From: an uncultured Prevotella sp.
GTDB taxonomy: Bacteria; Bacteroidota; Bacteroidia; Bacteroidales; Bacteroidaceae
Direction of reading: 5' to 3'
DNA length: 60,957 nucleotides
Assembly: GCA_963515815.1 (NCBI GenBank)
Contig: CAUQAO010000001.1
Location: 1 to 60,957, forward strand
The notes under the pieces are model-generated. The model did no database searches and was not told the origin of the DNA. It saw only the letters and a program-made list of their open reading frames with translations. This document shows, in pieces, positions 47,421-59,002 of the stretch; position 1 is the first letter of the stretch, and each line of letters starts with the position of its first letter. The position numbers were made by a program, and so were the translations under genes.

Positions 47421-49376
47421 TTAAAGACAACATAACAAAACCAACGTAAGCGCTACAGTTCCTGTAAGGAACCATACTGCATACTGACGCACATCGCCGC
47501 TCTGCCACGGACGAATGGTTTCGCCAGTCTCATTAGCTCCCCATGCAAGAAAGTTGAACGTTCCGTCGACAACATGACGATCGAACCAAGCTATCGGCGT
47601 AGAAACAAGTCGGAAGATGATTTTATGAGTAACGAACATCCAAACCTCGTCCAGATAGAACCGTTTATAAGCAGCCCTATAGAGCATAGGAAAGGTCTTC
47701 GCCAACTTGTCGGCAATCGGAGTTTCCGCTCCTTTATACATAACGGTCGCAAACACAATGGCAATAACTGCGAGAGTAACACTCACACCGGCAACCATAT
47801 AGTTGGTGTGTGTGTCGAAACTCAATCCGTTGGCCGAAATGAAATGTCCAAACGGAAGGAATCCGCAGGTCAAAGTAATCACAGAAAGAAAGACCAAAGG
47901 GAAAGTCATCATCCAAGGCGCCTCATGCGGTTTTTTCGCACCTTCGCCTACGTGGCTTTCATAATAACTCTTTCCCCAAAATATCACATAATACAAACGG
48001 AACATATAAAAGGCCGTCATCATGGCGATACCGCTCATCAGGATTCCCATTACAGGATGGAAATTGTAGCAAGCCACGAGGATTTCATCTTTCGAGAAGA
48101 ATCCAGAAAATGGGGGAATACCAGAGATTGCCAAGCAAGAAATCAAAAAAGTAATATGCGTGATGGGCATATACTTTCGTAAACCTCCCATATAATACTT
48201 CTCATTGGAATGCACGGCATGAATAATGCAACCAGCTCCCAAGAACAGGCAAGCCTTGAACATGGCATGGGTAAACAAGTGGAACATTCCGGCCATATAG
48301 CCAAGGCCATTGCCATCGGCATAAACCTCTGTAGAAGCAACAGCTCCGGTTTGTTCGTCGGGTAAACATACGCCTAAAGCAACCAACATGAAACCGATTT
48401 GAGAAATTGTTGAAAAAGCTAATACACGCTTAATATCGCTCTGGCAACAAGCTACAGCCGCAGCATAAAAGGCAGTGAAAGCTGCAATATATGCAATCCA
48501 ATGTAATTGCTCAGGAGCAAACTGTACAAACAAAGGAAAAAGGCTCGCAACCAAATAAACTCCGGCTACAACCATCGTAGCTGCATGAATCAAAGCCGAT
48601 ACAGGTGTTGGTCCTTCCATTGCGTCGGGAAGCCAAATATGCAGAGGGAACATTGCACTCTTACCTGCACCGCCAATGAACATCAAGAACAAGGCTATCG
48701 GCATTAATGCCGCTGCTCCGACTACATTGGTATGATGTGCTGGCATCGCATTCAGATCGTAATTAAACGTACCTACATAGAAACTGTAAATAAGAATTCC
48801 GATGAGGAAAAACAGATCTGCAAAACGTGTAACGATAAACGCTTTTTTCGATGCAGCTACTGCCGTATGTTGCGGATAATAAAAACCGATAAGTAAGTAA
48901 GAAGAAACGCCCACAAGCTCCCAAAAAAGATACATCTGGAAAATATTGGTAGCTACAACCAGTCCCAACATCGACATCGTAAACAACGAGAGAAAAGCAT
49001 AATAACGCTGAAACCCTTTCTCACCATGCATATAGCCAAACGAGTAAATGTGTACCATAAAGCTAACGATGGAAATCACAATCAACATCATTACAGAGAT
49101 TGGCGTCAAACGAAATCCAATATTGAATGTCAACATTTCCGTAAACTTCAACCAAGTAAAATCGAAAGCTGTTACCGTAGGATATAGCTCGCCTATCCTT
49201 CCGTGTACGACAAAATACTCGAATGCGGTATAACACGAAAGAGCAAAAACAACTCCCAAAACCACTGTTCCTATCAATCCGGCAACTTTATGCGACATCT
49301 TCATACCCAGCAATCCTAATACTAAGAAAGATAGGGCCGGGAGAAGAAGTATTAGAAAAACATAACTGTAATCCAT
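47421..49376 (-). CDS. nuoL: NADH-quinone oxidoreductase subunit L
   Basis: WELVG, GKSAMFPLHIWLPDAMEGPTPVSALIHAATM, HAMFKA, FFSKD. Confidence 0.96.
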   Translation of the reverse strand: MDYSYVFLILLLPALSFLVLGLLGMKMSHKVAGLIGTVVLGVVFALSCYTAFEYFVVHGRIGELYPTVTAFDFTWLKFTEMLTFNIGFRLTPISVMMLIVISIVSFMVHIYSFGYMHGEKGFQRYYAFLSLFTMSMLGLVVATNIFQMYLFWELVGVSSYLLIGFYYPQHTAVAASKKAFIVTRFADLFFLIGILIYSFYVGTFNYDLNAMPAHHTNVVGAAALMPIALFLMFIGGAGKSAMFPLHIWLPDAMEGPTPVSALIHAATMVVAGVYLVASLFPLFVQFAPEQLHWIAYIAAFTAFYAAAVACCQSDIKRVLAFSTISQIGFMLVALGVCLPDEQTGAVASTEVYADGNGLGYMAGMFHLFTHAMFKACLFLGAGCIIHAVHSNEKYYMGGLRKYMPITHITFLISCLAISGIPPFSGFFSKDEILVACYNFHPVMGILMSGIAMMTAFYMFRLYYVIFWGKSYYESHVGEGAKKPHEAPWMMTFPLVFLSVITLTCGFLPFGHFISANGLSFDTHTNYMVAGVSVTLAVIAIVFATVMYKGAETPIADKLAKTFPMLYRAAYKRFYLDEVWMFVTHKIIFRLVSTPIAWFDRHVVDGTFNFLAWGANETGETIRPWQSGDVRQYAVWFLTGTVALTLVLLCCL

Positions 49377-49380
49377 CTCT

Positions 49381-49689
49381 TTATAATTTCATATTTTCAA
49401 TACTGTTCACCTGATCGCTATGGAAATTTCGGTAAACATTAACAATAATTGCAATGGCTACAGCTGTTTCAGCAGCACTCACACCTATCGAGAACAAGGT
49501 AAAGAAAAAACCTTCTAACCGTTCGGGAAAAAGAATGCGATTGAATATTGCAAAATTAATATCTACTGAATTCAAGACGAGTTCAATAGAAATAAGCATT
49601 GCTATCAAATTACGACGGGTCACAAAACCAAAGAACCCAATAAAAAACAGCAGTGTGCTCAATACAAGATAATACTCTACGTGAATCAT
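49381..49689 (-). CDS. nuoK: NADH-quinone oxidoreductase subunit K
   Basis: RRNLIAMLISIEL, AAETAVAIA. Confidence 0.95.
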   Translation of the reverse strand: MIHVEYYLVLSTLLFFIGFFGFVTRRNLIAMLISIELVLNSVDINFAIFNRILFPERLEGFFFTLFSIGVSAAETAVAIAIIVNVYRNFHSDQVNSIENMKL

Positions 49690-50207
49690 TTATTCTCCTC
49701 CTTTCTAGCAATCATAATTCCTCCTATGATACAAGCCAGTAAAAATACAGAAATGAATTCGAATGGAAGTACATATTGGAACTTCTCAGAACCAACAAGT
49801 GCCGTACCGATGGTGCTCATTGGGACCTCCGTATCGGCCAGCCGGATAGACATATCGATAAAACTATTCTTTAACAAAATGAATGATACAACTGCAAAAC
49901 CAATTAAAGCAACCAATGCTCCGATAAGTACTCTTTTACCTTTGAGATGCTCCTGTAGGCCTTGAAGGGTACGTTTAGAAACCAATTGGATTGCAAAAAT
50001 ATAGACCATTGTAATTCCACCTGCATAGATAGATATCTGTGCTGCTCCGAGGAAAGTATAATCCAATAAGAAATAGATACCAGCCACACCAAACAAGACA
50101 AATATCAAGAATGTTGCAGCACGCATAATTCTTTTTGTTGTTACACACATAATGGCTGACCCAAGAATAACAATTGCCAATATACAAAACACTATTAATT
50201 TTGCCAT
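49686..50207 (-). CDS. nuoJ: NADH-quinone oxidoreductase subunit J
   Basis: QISIYAGGI, YVLPFE; ATG 50207 (MAKLIVF). Confidence 0.93.
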   Translation of the reverse strand: MAKLIVFCILAIVILGSAIMCVTTKRIMRAATFLIFVLFGVAGIYFLLDYTFLGAAQISIYAGGITMVYIFAIQLVSKRTLQGLQEHLKGKRVLIGALVALIGFAVVSFILLKNSFIDMSIRLADTEVPMSTIGTALVGSEKFQYVLPFEFISVFLLACIIGGIMIARKEENK

Positions 50208-50220
50208 ATACGTTATTTCC

Positions 50221-50754
50221 CTATTTAGTTTTAGTATTAAATTTACCAATAGTCATATCTGCTCCTCCATCTATCAATCCGGGAAGACTACCTCCCTCAT
50301 ACACTTCTTTATCAAGATGCAACACCAAAGTCTCACGGTCGAATACACTATTTTCGAAATCGTTCGTAAATTCGATCGCATCAAAATTACAAGCATTGAC
50401 ACATAATTGGCAAAACATACAATCACCCAAATCATACTGATAATCGATCAGATGCTTTTTTTTCTTTCCGGTCTCTTCATCCGTCACCATTTCGTGTTGC
50501 AAAAGAATAGTTCCATTAGGACAAGCTTTTTCGCACATAGTACATGCCACACATTTATGAGTTCCATTCTCATCACGCTTAAATACTAACCGACCACGAT
50601 GGCGCTTAGCCACATGAAGTGTTGTTTTACGATTCTCAGGGTACTGTTCAGTACTTTTGGCAGTCAGATACTCCTTGAAAGTCACGCCTAAGCCCGTGCC
50701 CAGCGATTTAATGCCTTCTAATATTTCTCCAAAATATGATTGTTTTTTTTCCAT
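50221..50754 (-). CDS. nuoI: NADH-quinone oxidoreductase subunit I
   Basis: Two 4Fe-4S motifs CVACTMCEKACP and CMFCQLCVNAC; QYPE. Confidence 0.94.
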   Translation of the reverse strand: MEKKQSYFGEILEGIKSLGTGLGVTFKEYLTAKSTEQYPENRKTTLHVAKRHRGRLVFKRDENGTHKCVACTMCEKACPNGTILLQHEMVTDEETGKKKKHLIDYQYDLGDCMFCQLCVNACNFDAIEFTNDFENSVFDRETLVLHLDKEVYEGGSLPGLIDGGADMTIGKFNTKTK

Positions 50755-50782
50755 TTTATTAGTCCTCATTAAAACAGAGTTA

Positions 50783-51868
50783 TTATCCATGCAGACCAAA
50801 TGCAACACAAAGAGTCATCAGTACTAAATTAGCAAGCGAAAACGGCATTAAAAATTTCCATTCAAGTGTTAGGATCTGATCAATACGAAGACGCGGGAAT
50901 GTCCATCGAATCCACATCAGTATCCAAACAACAACAAACGACTTACCTAAAAACCACACTATACCAGGAATATAGTTCATCAGTGCATCAAAACCTGCAA
51001 TACCGATATTCAATGGTGCCCATCCACCTAAAAAGATGGCAGTAGCCAAACCAGAAATAACAAAGAGATTTAGGTATTCTGCTAAATAGTAAAATCCGAA
51101 ACCCATCCCAGAATACTCTGTATGGTATCCTGCGGTCAGTTCGCTTTCTGCCTCAGCCAAATCGAAAGGTCCACGATTGGCCTCGGCATTACCTGCAATC
51201 AAAAATAAAAGGAAAGAAATAATAGCAGGCACATGTCCCTTAAAAATTAACCAGTTCCATGGTCCAGTCTGACTCTCAACGATTCCACTCATCTGCATAG
51301 TACCCGTTAAAACAACTGCAGTGACAAGAGTTAAGCCAAGTGTCATCTCATACGAAATCATCTGGACGGCACCACGCATGGCTGATAATACCGAATACTT
51401 ATTATTAGATGCCCAGCCTGCTAAAAAGATACCCAACACACCAATACTTGAGATAGCAGTGATCAAAAATACCCCTACATTAAAGTCAAGAATATATGCC
51501 CCCCTATTCCAGGGAAGGAAAGAGAATGTTCCTATCGAGGCAACTATTACGAAAAATGGGGCCATGTAATATAAAAGTTTGTCAGCCTTATCTACAGCAA
51601 AGATCTCCTTTATAAGCATCTTTAAGACATCAGCAAAAACCTGCAAAATTCCCCAAGGACCAACACGCATCGGCCCTAAACGACATTGAAAATATGCACA
51701 GACCTTGCGCTCCATGAATATTAATACGATAGCCAGTAAAGCGTACCCTAAAAGGATAAGCAAACCAACAATAATGCATTCTATAAGTATCGACCAAAAA
51801 TTTCCCAAACCAAGTGTCTGTCGAAGGAATAAGTCGAACCATGTTGTTACTATACTAAAATCAAACAT
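50783..51868 (-). CDS. nuoH: NADH-quinone oxidoreductase subunit H
   Basis: ERKV...RLGP, SNNKYS, QMISYE, RGPFDLAEAESEL, PRLRIDQ. Confidence 0.96.
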   Translation of the reverse strand: MFDFSIVTTWFDLFLRQTLGLGNFWSILIECIIVGLLILLGYALLAIVLIFMERKVCAYFQCRLGPMRVGPWGILQVFADVLKMLIKEIFAVDKADKLLYYMAPFFVIVASIGTFSFLPWNRGAYILDFNVGVFLITAISSIGVLGIFLAGWASNNKYSVLSAMRGAVQMISYEMTLGLTLVTAVVLTGTMQMSGIVESQTGPWNWLIFKGHVPAIISFLLFLIAGNAEANRGPFDLAEAESELTAGYHTEYSGMGFGFYYLAEYLNLFVISGLATAIFLGGWAPLNIGIAGFDALMNYIPGIVWFLGKSFVVVWILMWIRWTFPRLRIDQILTLEWKFLMPFSLANLVLMTLCVAFGLHG

Positions 51869-51945
51869 GATCTATATAAGTTTTTATTGATTGAGTATTC
51901 TCTTAATCAGAGATTTTATCAAGTCAGATAAGATAAAACTCAAAA

Positions 51946-53517
51946 CTATCTATCAATATCAGGAATGACAAAATCAAGCGCAGCACCTGCAGTAACCAAG
52001 TCAGCGATCTTCTGTCCTCGAAGCATTGCATCCATAGCAGCCACATGATTCAAACCCATTGGTCGGAATTTCAACCGATAAGGAGATTTATCACCTCGTG
52101 AATCAAGATAGACACCGATCTCTCCTCTTGCCCCTTCGCATGAAAAATACCACTGTCCTTCTGGCACTTTAATGATAGGTTTTTGCTTCACATAGAAATC
52201 ACCTTCAGGTATATTGTCTATCAATTGTTCGATAATAGCAATGCTCTGTTTGATTTCTTCAATACGATTGAGATAACGACCATAAGAATCACAACGATTA
52301 TTGGTTACTTCATTCCATTCTATCTTTTCGTACATGACATATGGATGATTTTTGCGTACATCGTTATTCCAATCCGAAGCACGTCCCGAAGCACCAGTAA
52401 CTCCATAACTAATGACATCTTCTTTGCTCATATATCCTACACCAATAAAACGCTTTTGTGTGATAATATTATCTCCAAACACATCCATATACTCTTTCAA
52501 TATCGGTTTAAGATACATACAAAGAGTCTTACAATTCGTCACAAAATGAGGATCTATGTCATCTTGGCATCCGCCTATCCTATAATAGTTTTGTATTAAC
52601 CGCCCTCCCGTTGTCTCTTCCATTACGTTCAATACATGCTCACGGTCGCGCATACAATACAAGAATGCAGTCAATGCTCCTAAATCTTGAGCACAACAAC
52701 CAAGATATAACAAATGAGAATTGATACGTTGCAACTCATCCATTATTGTACGGATATATTTGATACGATCTGTCAACTCTATTTCCATAGCCTCTTCTAT
52801 CACACCTACCAGAGCATGACGGTTCATCATGGCACTTAGATAGTCCATGCGATCTGTTAAAGCCAATGTTTGTGGATAAGTATATGATTCGCACATTTTC
52901 TCTATTCCACGATGGATATAACCTAAGTGCGGGTAAATGCGTTTAATAGTCTCACCATTCAGAACGCTCTGTAAACGTAATACACCGTGTGTACTCGGAT
53001 GTTGAGGACCTATATTGATAACAAACTCGTCGTCAGTGAACAAAGGAACTCGTTTTTCTATTAATAGGCCATCCTGATTCAGTTCATACCGAAATGTGTA
53101 ATCCAATTCAATATCGTCCTCTAATGTATAAGTATTGTTTTCCGGAGATTCATCGAAGTCTTTCCGTAAAGGATGTCCTTTAAAATCGTTTCTTAGATAT
53201 AAACGACGCATATCAGGATGCCCCAAAAACTTAATTCCCAGAAAATCGAATACCTCACGCTCTAAAAAGTCGGCAGCCTTCCAAAGGTTTGTTACTGTAT
53301 CAAGTACATAGTCTTCCTCTATTTGTTGGGCAATGGCTTTGACAGATACACGCTCATTAGTCTTTGTATTTTCAAGAATGTAGATACACCCCAACCCCTC
53401 TTCTCCGAAATCTTCGCCAACGATAGTAACAAGGTAGTCGAATTGTCTCTCATTCCTTAACTTAGTCATCTCTTCGACCAAGTGATTGAATTGAACTTCT
53501 ATATTATTTAATTTCAT
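51946..53517 (-). CDS. nuoCD: Fused NADH-quinone oxidoreductase subunit C/D
   Basis: EREVFDFLG...GHPLRKDF (C) and GPQHPSTHGVLR, GYIHRGIEK, DIDR (D). Confidence 0.95.
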   Translation of the reverse strand: MKLNNIEVQFNHLVEEMTKLRNERQFDYLVTIVGEDFGEEGLGCIYILENTKTNERVSVKAIAQQIEEDYVLDTVTNLWKAADFLEREVFDFLGIKFLGHPDMRRLYLRNDFKGHPLRKDFDESPENNTYTLEDDIELDYTFRYELNQDGLLIEKRVPLFTDDEFVINIGPQHPSTHGVLRLQSVLNGETIKRIYPHLGYIHRGIEKMCESYTYPQTLALTDRMDYLSAMMNRHALVGVIEEAMEIELTDRIKYIRTIMDELQRINSHLLYLGCCAQDLGALTAFLYCMRDREHVLNVMEETTGGRLIQNYYRIGGCQDDIDPHFVTNCKTLCMYLKPILKEYMDVFGDNIITQKRFIGVGYMSKEDVISYGVTGASGRASDWNNDVRKNHPYVMYEKIEWNEVTNNRCDSYGRYLNRIEEIKQSIAIIEQLIDNIPEGDFYVKQKPIIKVPEGQWYFSCEGARGEIGVYLDSRGDKSPYRLKFRPMGLNHVAAMDAMLRGQKIADLVTAGAALDFVIPDIDR

Positions 53518-53532
53518 GTTCGCTATACCTTA

Positions 53533-54228
53533 TTAATTATGCCCTTCCAATTCTTGGCTTGGGTCGAAATCTTCAGGAACCTCTGTTACTATAATCGGCT
53601 TATTTTTCCGTCTACGTTCCAATAGTAACTCTTCATTACTCTTACCTGCCTCATCTATCGTTTGTTTATGATTAGCACCGCCAAAGAACTTTTCGATCTT
53701 TACCTTGCGCTGCAGTTGCATCATTCCATACAGAATAGCTTCAGGTCTTGGAGGGCAGCCGGGTATGAAAACATCAACGGGAACAATCTCATCAATACCA
53801 CGTACTACATGATAACTGCTTTTGAAGGGACCGCCCGAAATAGCACAACCGCCAACTGCTATGACGTATTTGGGTTCAGCCATTTCATCATACAGACGCT
53901 TAAAAGCCGCAGCCATTTTGTTGGTTATGGTTCCGGCACACATAATCAAATCGGCCTGTCGGGGTGAATTTCGAGTCACCTCGAAACCAAAACGGGCGAA
54001 ATCATACCGTGCACAACCCACTGCCATAAACTCAATACCGCAGCAACTGGTAGCGAATGTCAGACTCCAAAGCGAATTAGAGCGCCCCCAGTTAATCAGC
54101 TGATCAAGGGTTCCTGTTACAACATTCACGCCTCCCTCGTGCAGTTCTGAAACTATCTTTTCTAAAGCACTATTGTCTTTGAACTCGCCGTAAGGAATAC
54201 TTTTGATATAAGGCTTTCTCACTTCCAT
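53533..54228 (-). CDS. nuoB: NADH-quinone oxidoreductase subunit B
   Basis: SCCGIE, SPRQAD, GGCAISGG, PGCPPRPE. Confidence 0.96.
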   Translation of the reverse strand: MEVRKPYIKSIPYGEFKDNSALEKIVSELHEGGVNVVTGTLDQLINWGRSNSLWSLTFATSCCGIEFMAVGCARYDFARFGFEVTRNSPRQADLIMCAGTITNKMAAAFKRLYDEMAEPKYVIAVGGCAISGGPFKSSYHVVRGIDEIVPVDVFIPGCPPRPEAILYGMMQLQRKVKIEKFFGGANHKQTIDEAGKSNEELLLERRRKNKPIIVTEVPEDFDPSQELEGHN

Positions 54229-54569
54229 TCCAATGCTCCTTTCCGCCAGGCATAGACCAAGCCAAATACAAGAACCAACAGAAAGAAACCTATACTAATG
54301 AGTGCTATGGGTCCAAACTGCTTAACAACAACTGCCCAAGGATAGAGAAGCACAGTCTCTATATCGAACATCAGGAAAAGGATAGCGAAGAGATAATACC
54401 CGATATGTACAGGAAGCCATGACGAACCTCTTGTTGGGATGCCGCTCTCATACGGTTCTCCTTTTACCGAATTGTACGAACGGGGACCGATCAACTTAGC
54501 AATGGCGTATGCTGCAACCACCAAGAAGACAGCCGTTATCAAAACGGTAATTAACAATGTAAAATACAT
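54219..54569 (-). CDS. nuoA: NADH-quinone oxidoreductase subunit A
   Basis: PYESG, FDIE, LYPW, KGALEW; ATG 54569; -7 box TAACTTTG (minus) at 54638-54645. Confidence 0.94.
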   Translation of the reverse strand: MYFTLLITVLITAVFLVVAAYAIAKLIGPRSYNSVKGEPYESGIPTRGSSWLPVHIGYYLFAILFLMFDIETVLLYPWAVVVKQFGPIALISIGFFLLVLVFGLVYAWRKGALEWK

Positions 54570-55121
54570 AAAAAAGTTACTATAAATAATATTATTTTTT
54601 GTGCTTTGTAGAGCGTACATTATGTAGAATGCGGTTGCAAAGTTACTAATTCTTTTGAAATACTTACACTGTGCCATAAAAAAAACGGCTTGATTTGCAA
54701 GGTATAGATTGCAAAAGAAAGATGGAGGATAAAGCCTTATGCAGGCCCTGCTTTGATCGCTTTCGCGACATAAAAAGAGTGGAGTCTGTGAATAAAAACT
54801 TCGACTCCACCCCACCGATCATTTTATTGATTCCTATTGAAGATTGCGATCGGTTAAATCTCGCAAGACCACATCACTACTTTAAACTCATTAGAGTATT
54901 TAGAACACTATTACCTAAAAACAATTACCATTTAAGCGTCTCTACGAGATCTTTTAATTCTTTATCTTATTATCTTGGATGTTATATGTTACTTTTTGTC
55001 TTTGCTTGGAATAAACGTGTAGTGTATTTTTCTCTGTTTGTCTTTATGGTCGGTATGGTAATTAACTTACAGTGCAAATATAGTTTATTTGACGTTACAA
55101 AAACAATGTTCTTAGTTTTAA

Positions 55122-55985
55122 TTAACGCTTTCGGCATAGATGATAGTTTAGCAATCCTTCGATAGGATTTTTCATGAGTTGTCCCAGGCGTATGTTTTCG
55201 GCGGCGGCGGCGGCCTCGAGTTGTGTACGGTAGTAGGTGCTCAGCCCGCCTACTACTCCTAACCGAAGGTCGTCACGGCCGTAAGGTTTGATATTGTTTT
55301 GCAAGAATAGTTGGAAGTTTTGGACAACCATCTGACTGAGTTCCGGAACGTCAAGATGGCGGGCTACGAAAAGGGAAACCGAAGCCAGGAATCGATTGGC
55401 CAGGGGTTGTCGGTATACTTTATCGATTACGTTGGCCAGGGTCAGGCCTGAGAAAGTTTCGTATTCGGTACGCAACTGCGGGGGCAACGAGCCTTTGTAG
55501 ATGCCGTTCAAGAAAGATTTGCCGATGGCTGTGCCGCTGCCTTCGTCGCCCAAGATGTAACCTAAGGGGGGAATGTGGTGTTCGATTGTCTGCCCATTGT
55601 ACAGGCATGCGTTCGAACCGGTGCCCAGGATGCAGGCCAGTCCCTCATCATGCCCGCAAACGGCGCGAGCTGCGCCCAACAGGTCGCTGTCTACTTCGAG
55701 TTCGTATAATGCGGGGAAGTTTTTTTTCAACGCTTCTTTTACCACGCTGATTTTTTCTACTGTACAGCCGCTCCCATAAAAATAGAGCTGGCCGACGGAG
55801 CGAGGCGAAACGGGAAGTTGGGGAAGCAGCTCGGTTCGACAGATTTCTTGGATAACCTCTGGCGACTGATGAAACGGATTGATTCCTTGAGTCGATATGC
55901 GTTCGAGCCTGCCGTCAGCGCCGATTAGTGCCCAATCGGTTTTAGTACTTCCGGCATCTGCAATCAATTTTATTTTCTTCGACAT
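55122..55985 (-). CDS. BadF/BadG/BcrA/BcrD-type ATPase, N-acetylglucosamine kinase-like
   Basis: IADAGSTKTDW, FYGSGC, SDLLGAAR, ILGTGSN, LGYILGDEGSG. Confidence 0.87.
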   Translation of the reverse strand: MSKKIKLIADAGSTKTDWALIGADGRLERISTQGINPFHQSPEVIQEICRTELLPQLPVSPRSVGQLYFYGSGCTVEKISVVKEALKKNFPALYELEVDSDLLGAARAVCGHDEGLACILGTGSNACLYNGQTIEHHIPPLGYILGDEGSGTAIGKSFLNGIYKGSLPPQLRTEYETFSGLTLANVIDKVYRQPLANRFLASVSLFVARHLDVPELSQMVVQNFQLFLQNNIKPYGRDDLRLGVVGGLSTYYRTQLEAAAAAENIRLGQLMKNPIEGLLNYHLCRKR

Positions 55986-55991
55986 GGTTGT

Positions 55992-56132
55992 TCAACGGAT
56001 ATAGTTGAAAAAAATATAGCCCAATGCACCGATTACGGCCAGCAGAATAATCGTCTTGATCAGGCAGCCCGTTATTTTTTTAATGATAAAGAAGGTTGCG
56101 ACAATAGCGACAAGGCAGAAGAGATAGAACAT
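55992..56132 (-). CDS. 46-aa two-helix membrane protein (not in the ORF track)
   Basis: MFYLFCLVAIVATFFIIKKITGCLIKTIILLAVIGALGYIFFNYIR*; fills the gap between two co-directional genes. Confidence 0.75.
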   Translation of the reverse strand: MFYLFCLVAIVATFFIIKKITGCLIKTIILLAVIGALGYIFFNYIR

Positions 56133-56147
56133 AAGTTACGTTTCGGG

Positions 56148-57035
56148 TTATTTGAACAGTTTATGGAATGGAGCCGGAATGGGTGTTTCGAACTCTAGCC
56201 GCTGGTGTGTTACAGGATGATAGAAACAAAGCACATAGGCATGCAGACAGAGCCTGTTTACTGGATCGTCGCCATTGCCGTACTTCAAGTCGCCGCAAAC
56301 CGGATGTCCCATATCTGCCGCGTGCACACGAATCTGATTTTTACGGCCCGTGTCCAGTCGATACTCTACCAGCGAGTGCTCTGTAGTTCGGGCCAGCGTA
56401 CGATAGTGGGTAACGGCAAACTTGCCGCCGTTATCTACCTGGCTCGAATAGGTGATGTAGGCCTTGTTGTCTTTCAGCCAGCTCGAGATCGTGCCCTCGT
56501 CGTTGCGCATCTCGCCCGACACTACGGCTACGTATCGCCGATCGTACACGCCCTGATGCCAGTCGGCCTCGAGCAGGCGTTCGGTCTCGATGTCTTTGGC
56601 ATAAATCATGAGTCCGCTGGTATCGCGATCGAGCCTGTGCACCACATGCGCCGTGCACTTCTGTTTGCTTTTCCTGAAATAATCGTCGAGCACCTTCTTC
56701 ACATTGAGCGACGAGTGTCCTGCAGCCATCGACAAGATGCCCACATTTTTTTCGACAACCACCAGATAACGGTCTTCGTAAACGATCTTCACATAGCGGC
56801 TTTTAAACGCATCGTTCCTCTTCGTGCGGCTTACGGCAATTTTCATGCCCGGGTGCAAGGGATAATCGAACTGCGTAATCCGTTTGCCTTCGACGATGAT
56901 ACCGCGACCGGCCAGCGTAGCCTTCAGTTTGGTTCGGCTGAGGTGCTTCACATGTTCGAGGAGCCAATTCAACAGCGTATCGTCTTGTTCGACGATATAG
57001 CGATCGTATTCGCCTTTGCGTGCATTGATATCCAT
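56148..57035 (-). CDS. RluA/RluD-family RNA pseudouridine synthase
   Basis: HRLDRDTSG, TGRKNQIR, GDLKYG, LCLHA; ATG 57035; -7 box TACCTTTG (minus) at 57058-57065. Confidence 0.93.
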   Translation of the reverse strand: MDINARKGEYDRYIVEQDDTLLNWLLEHVKHLSRTKLKATLAGRGIIVEGKRITQFDYPLHPGMKIAVSRTKRNDAFKSRYVKIVYEDRYLVVVEKNVGILSMAAGHSSLNVKKVLDDYFRKSKQKCTAHVVHRLDRDTSGLMIYAKDIETERLLEADWHQGVYDRRYVAVVSGEMRNDEGTISSWLKDNKAYITYSSQVDNGGKFAVTHYRTLARTTEHSLVEYRLDTGRKNQIRVHAADMGHPVCGDLKYGNGDDPVNRLCLHAYVLCFYHPVTHQRLEFETPIPAPFHKLFK

Positions 57036-57090
57036 ATCCTTTTTAATATAATAGGCGCAAAGGTAGTATTTTAAATCCACAAGTGAGACG

Positions 57091-57190
57091 AAATTTCCTC
57101 GCGAAAACGAACCGCTGGGAGCCAGCGAGCAAATTTCCTCGCGAAAAATCGGCCGCGCACACCCGCCGAGCAAATTTCCTCACGAAATTT
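57091..57190. repeat. 40-41-bp repeat, about 2.5 units, between divergent promoters
   Basis: AAATTTCCTC at 57091, 57131, 57172; internal hairpin CGCTGG-GAG-CCAGCG; reverse complement matches 11878-11935. Confidence 0.85.
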
Positions 57191-57317
57191 AAAGGAAAAG
57201 GCCAGAAAGGGGCGCTTTCTTCTCGAAAGGTTTCACAGAATGGCACCACCAGGACCAGAACCCAGTTTATTTTCCCATTTGTGGATTTAAAATAGTACCT
57301 TTGCAGCCGATTAATAA

Positions 57318-58952
<1,635 letters not shown>

Positions 58953-59002
58953 CCCTTTGGCAAACTTTTTGTCTATCGATCAACAATCAAAATAAACAGA
59001 TT

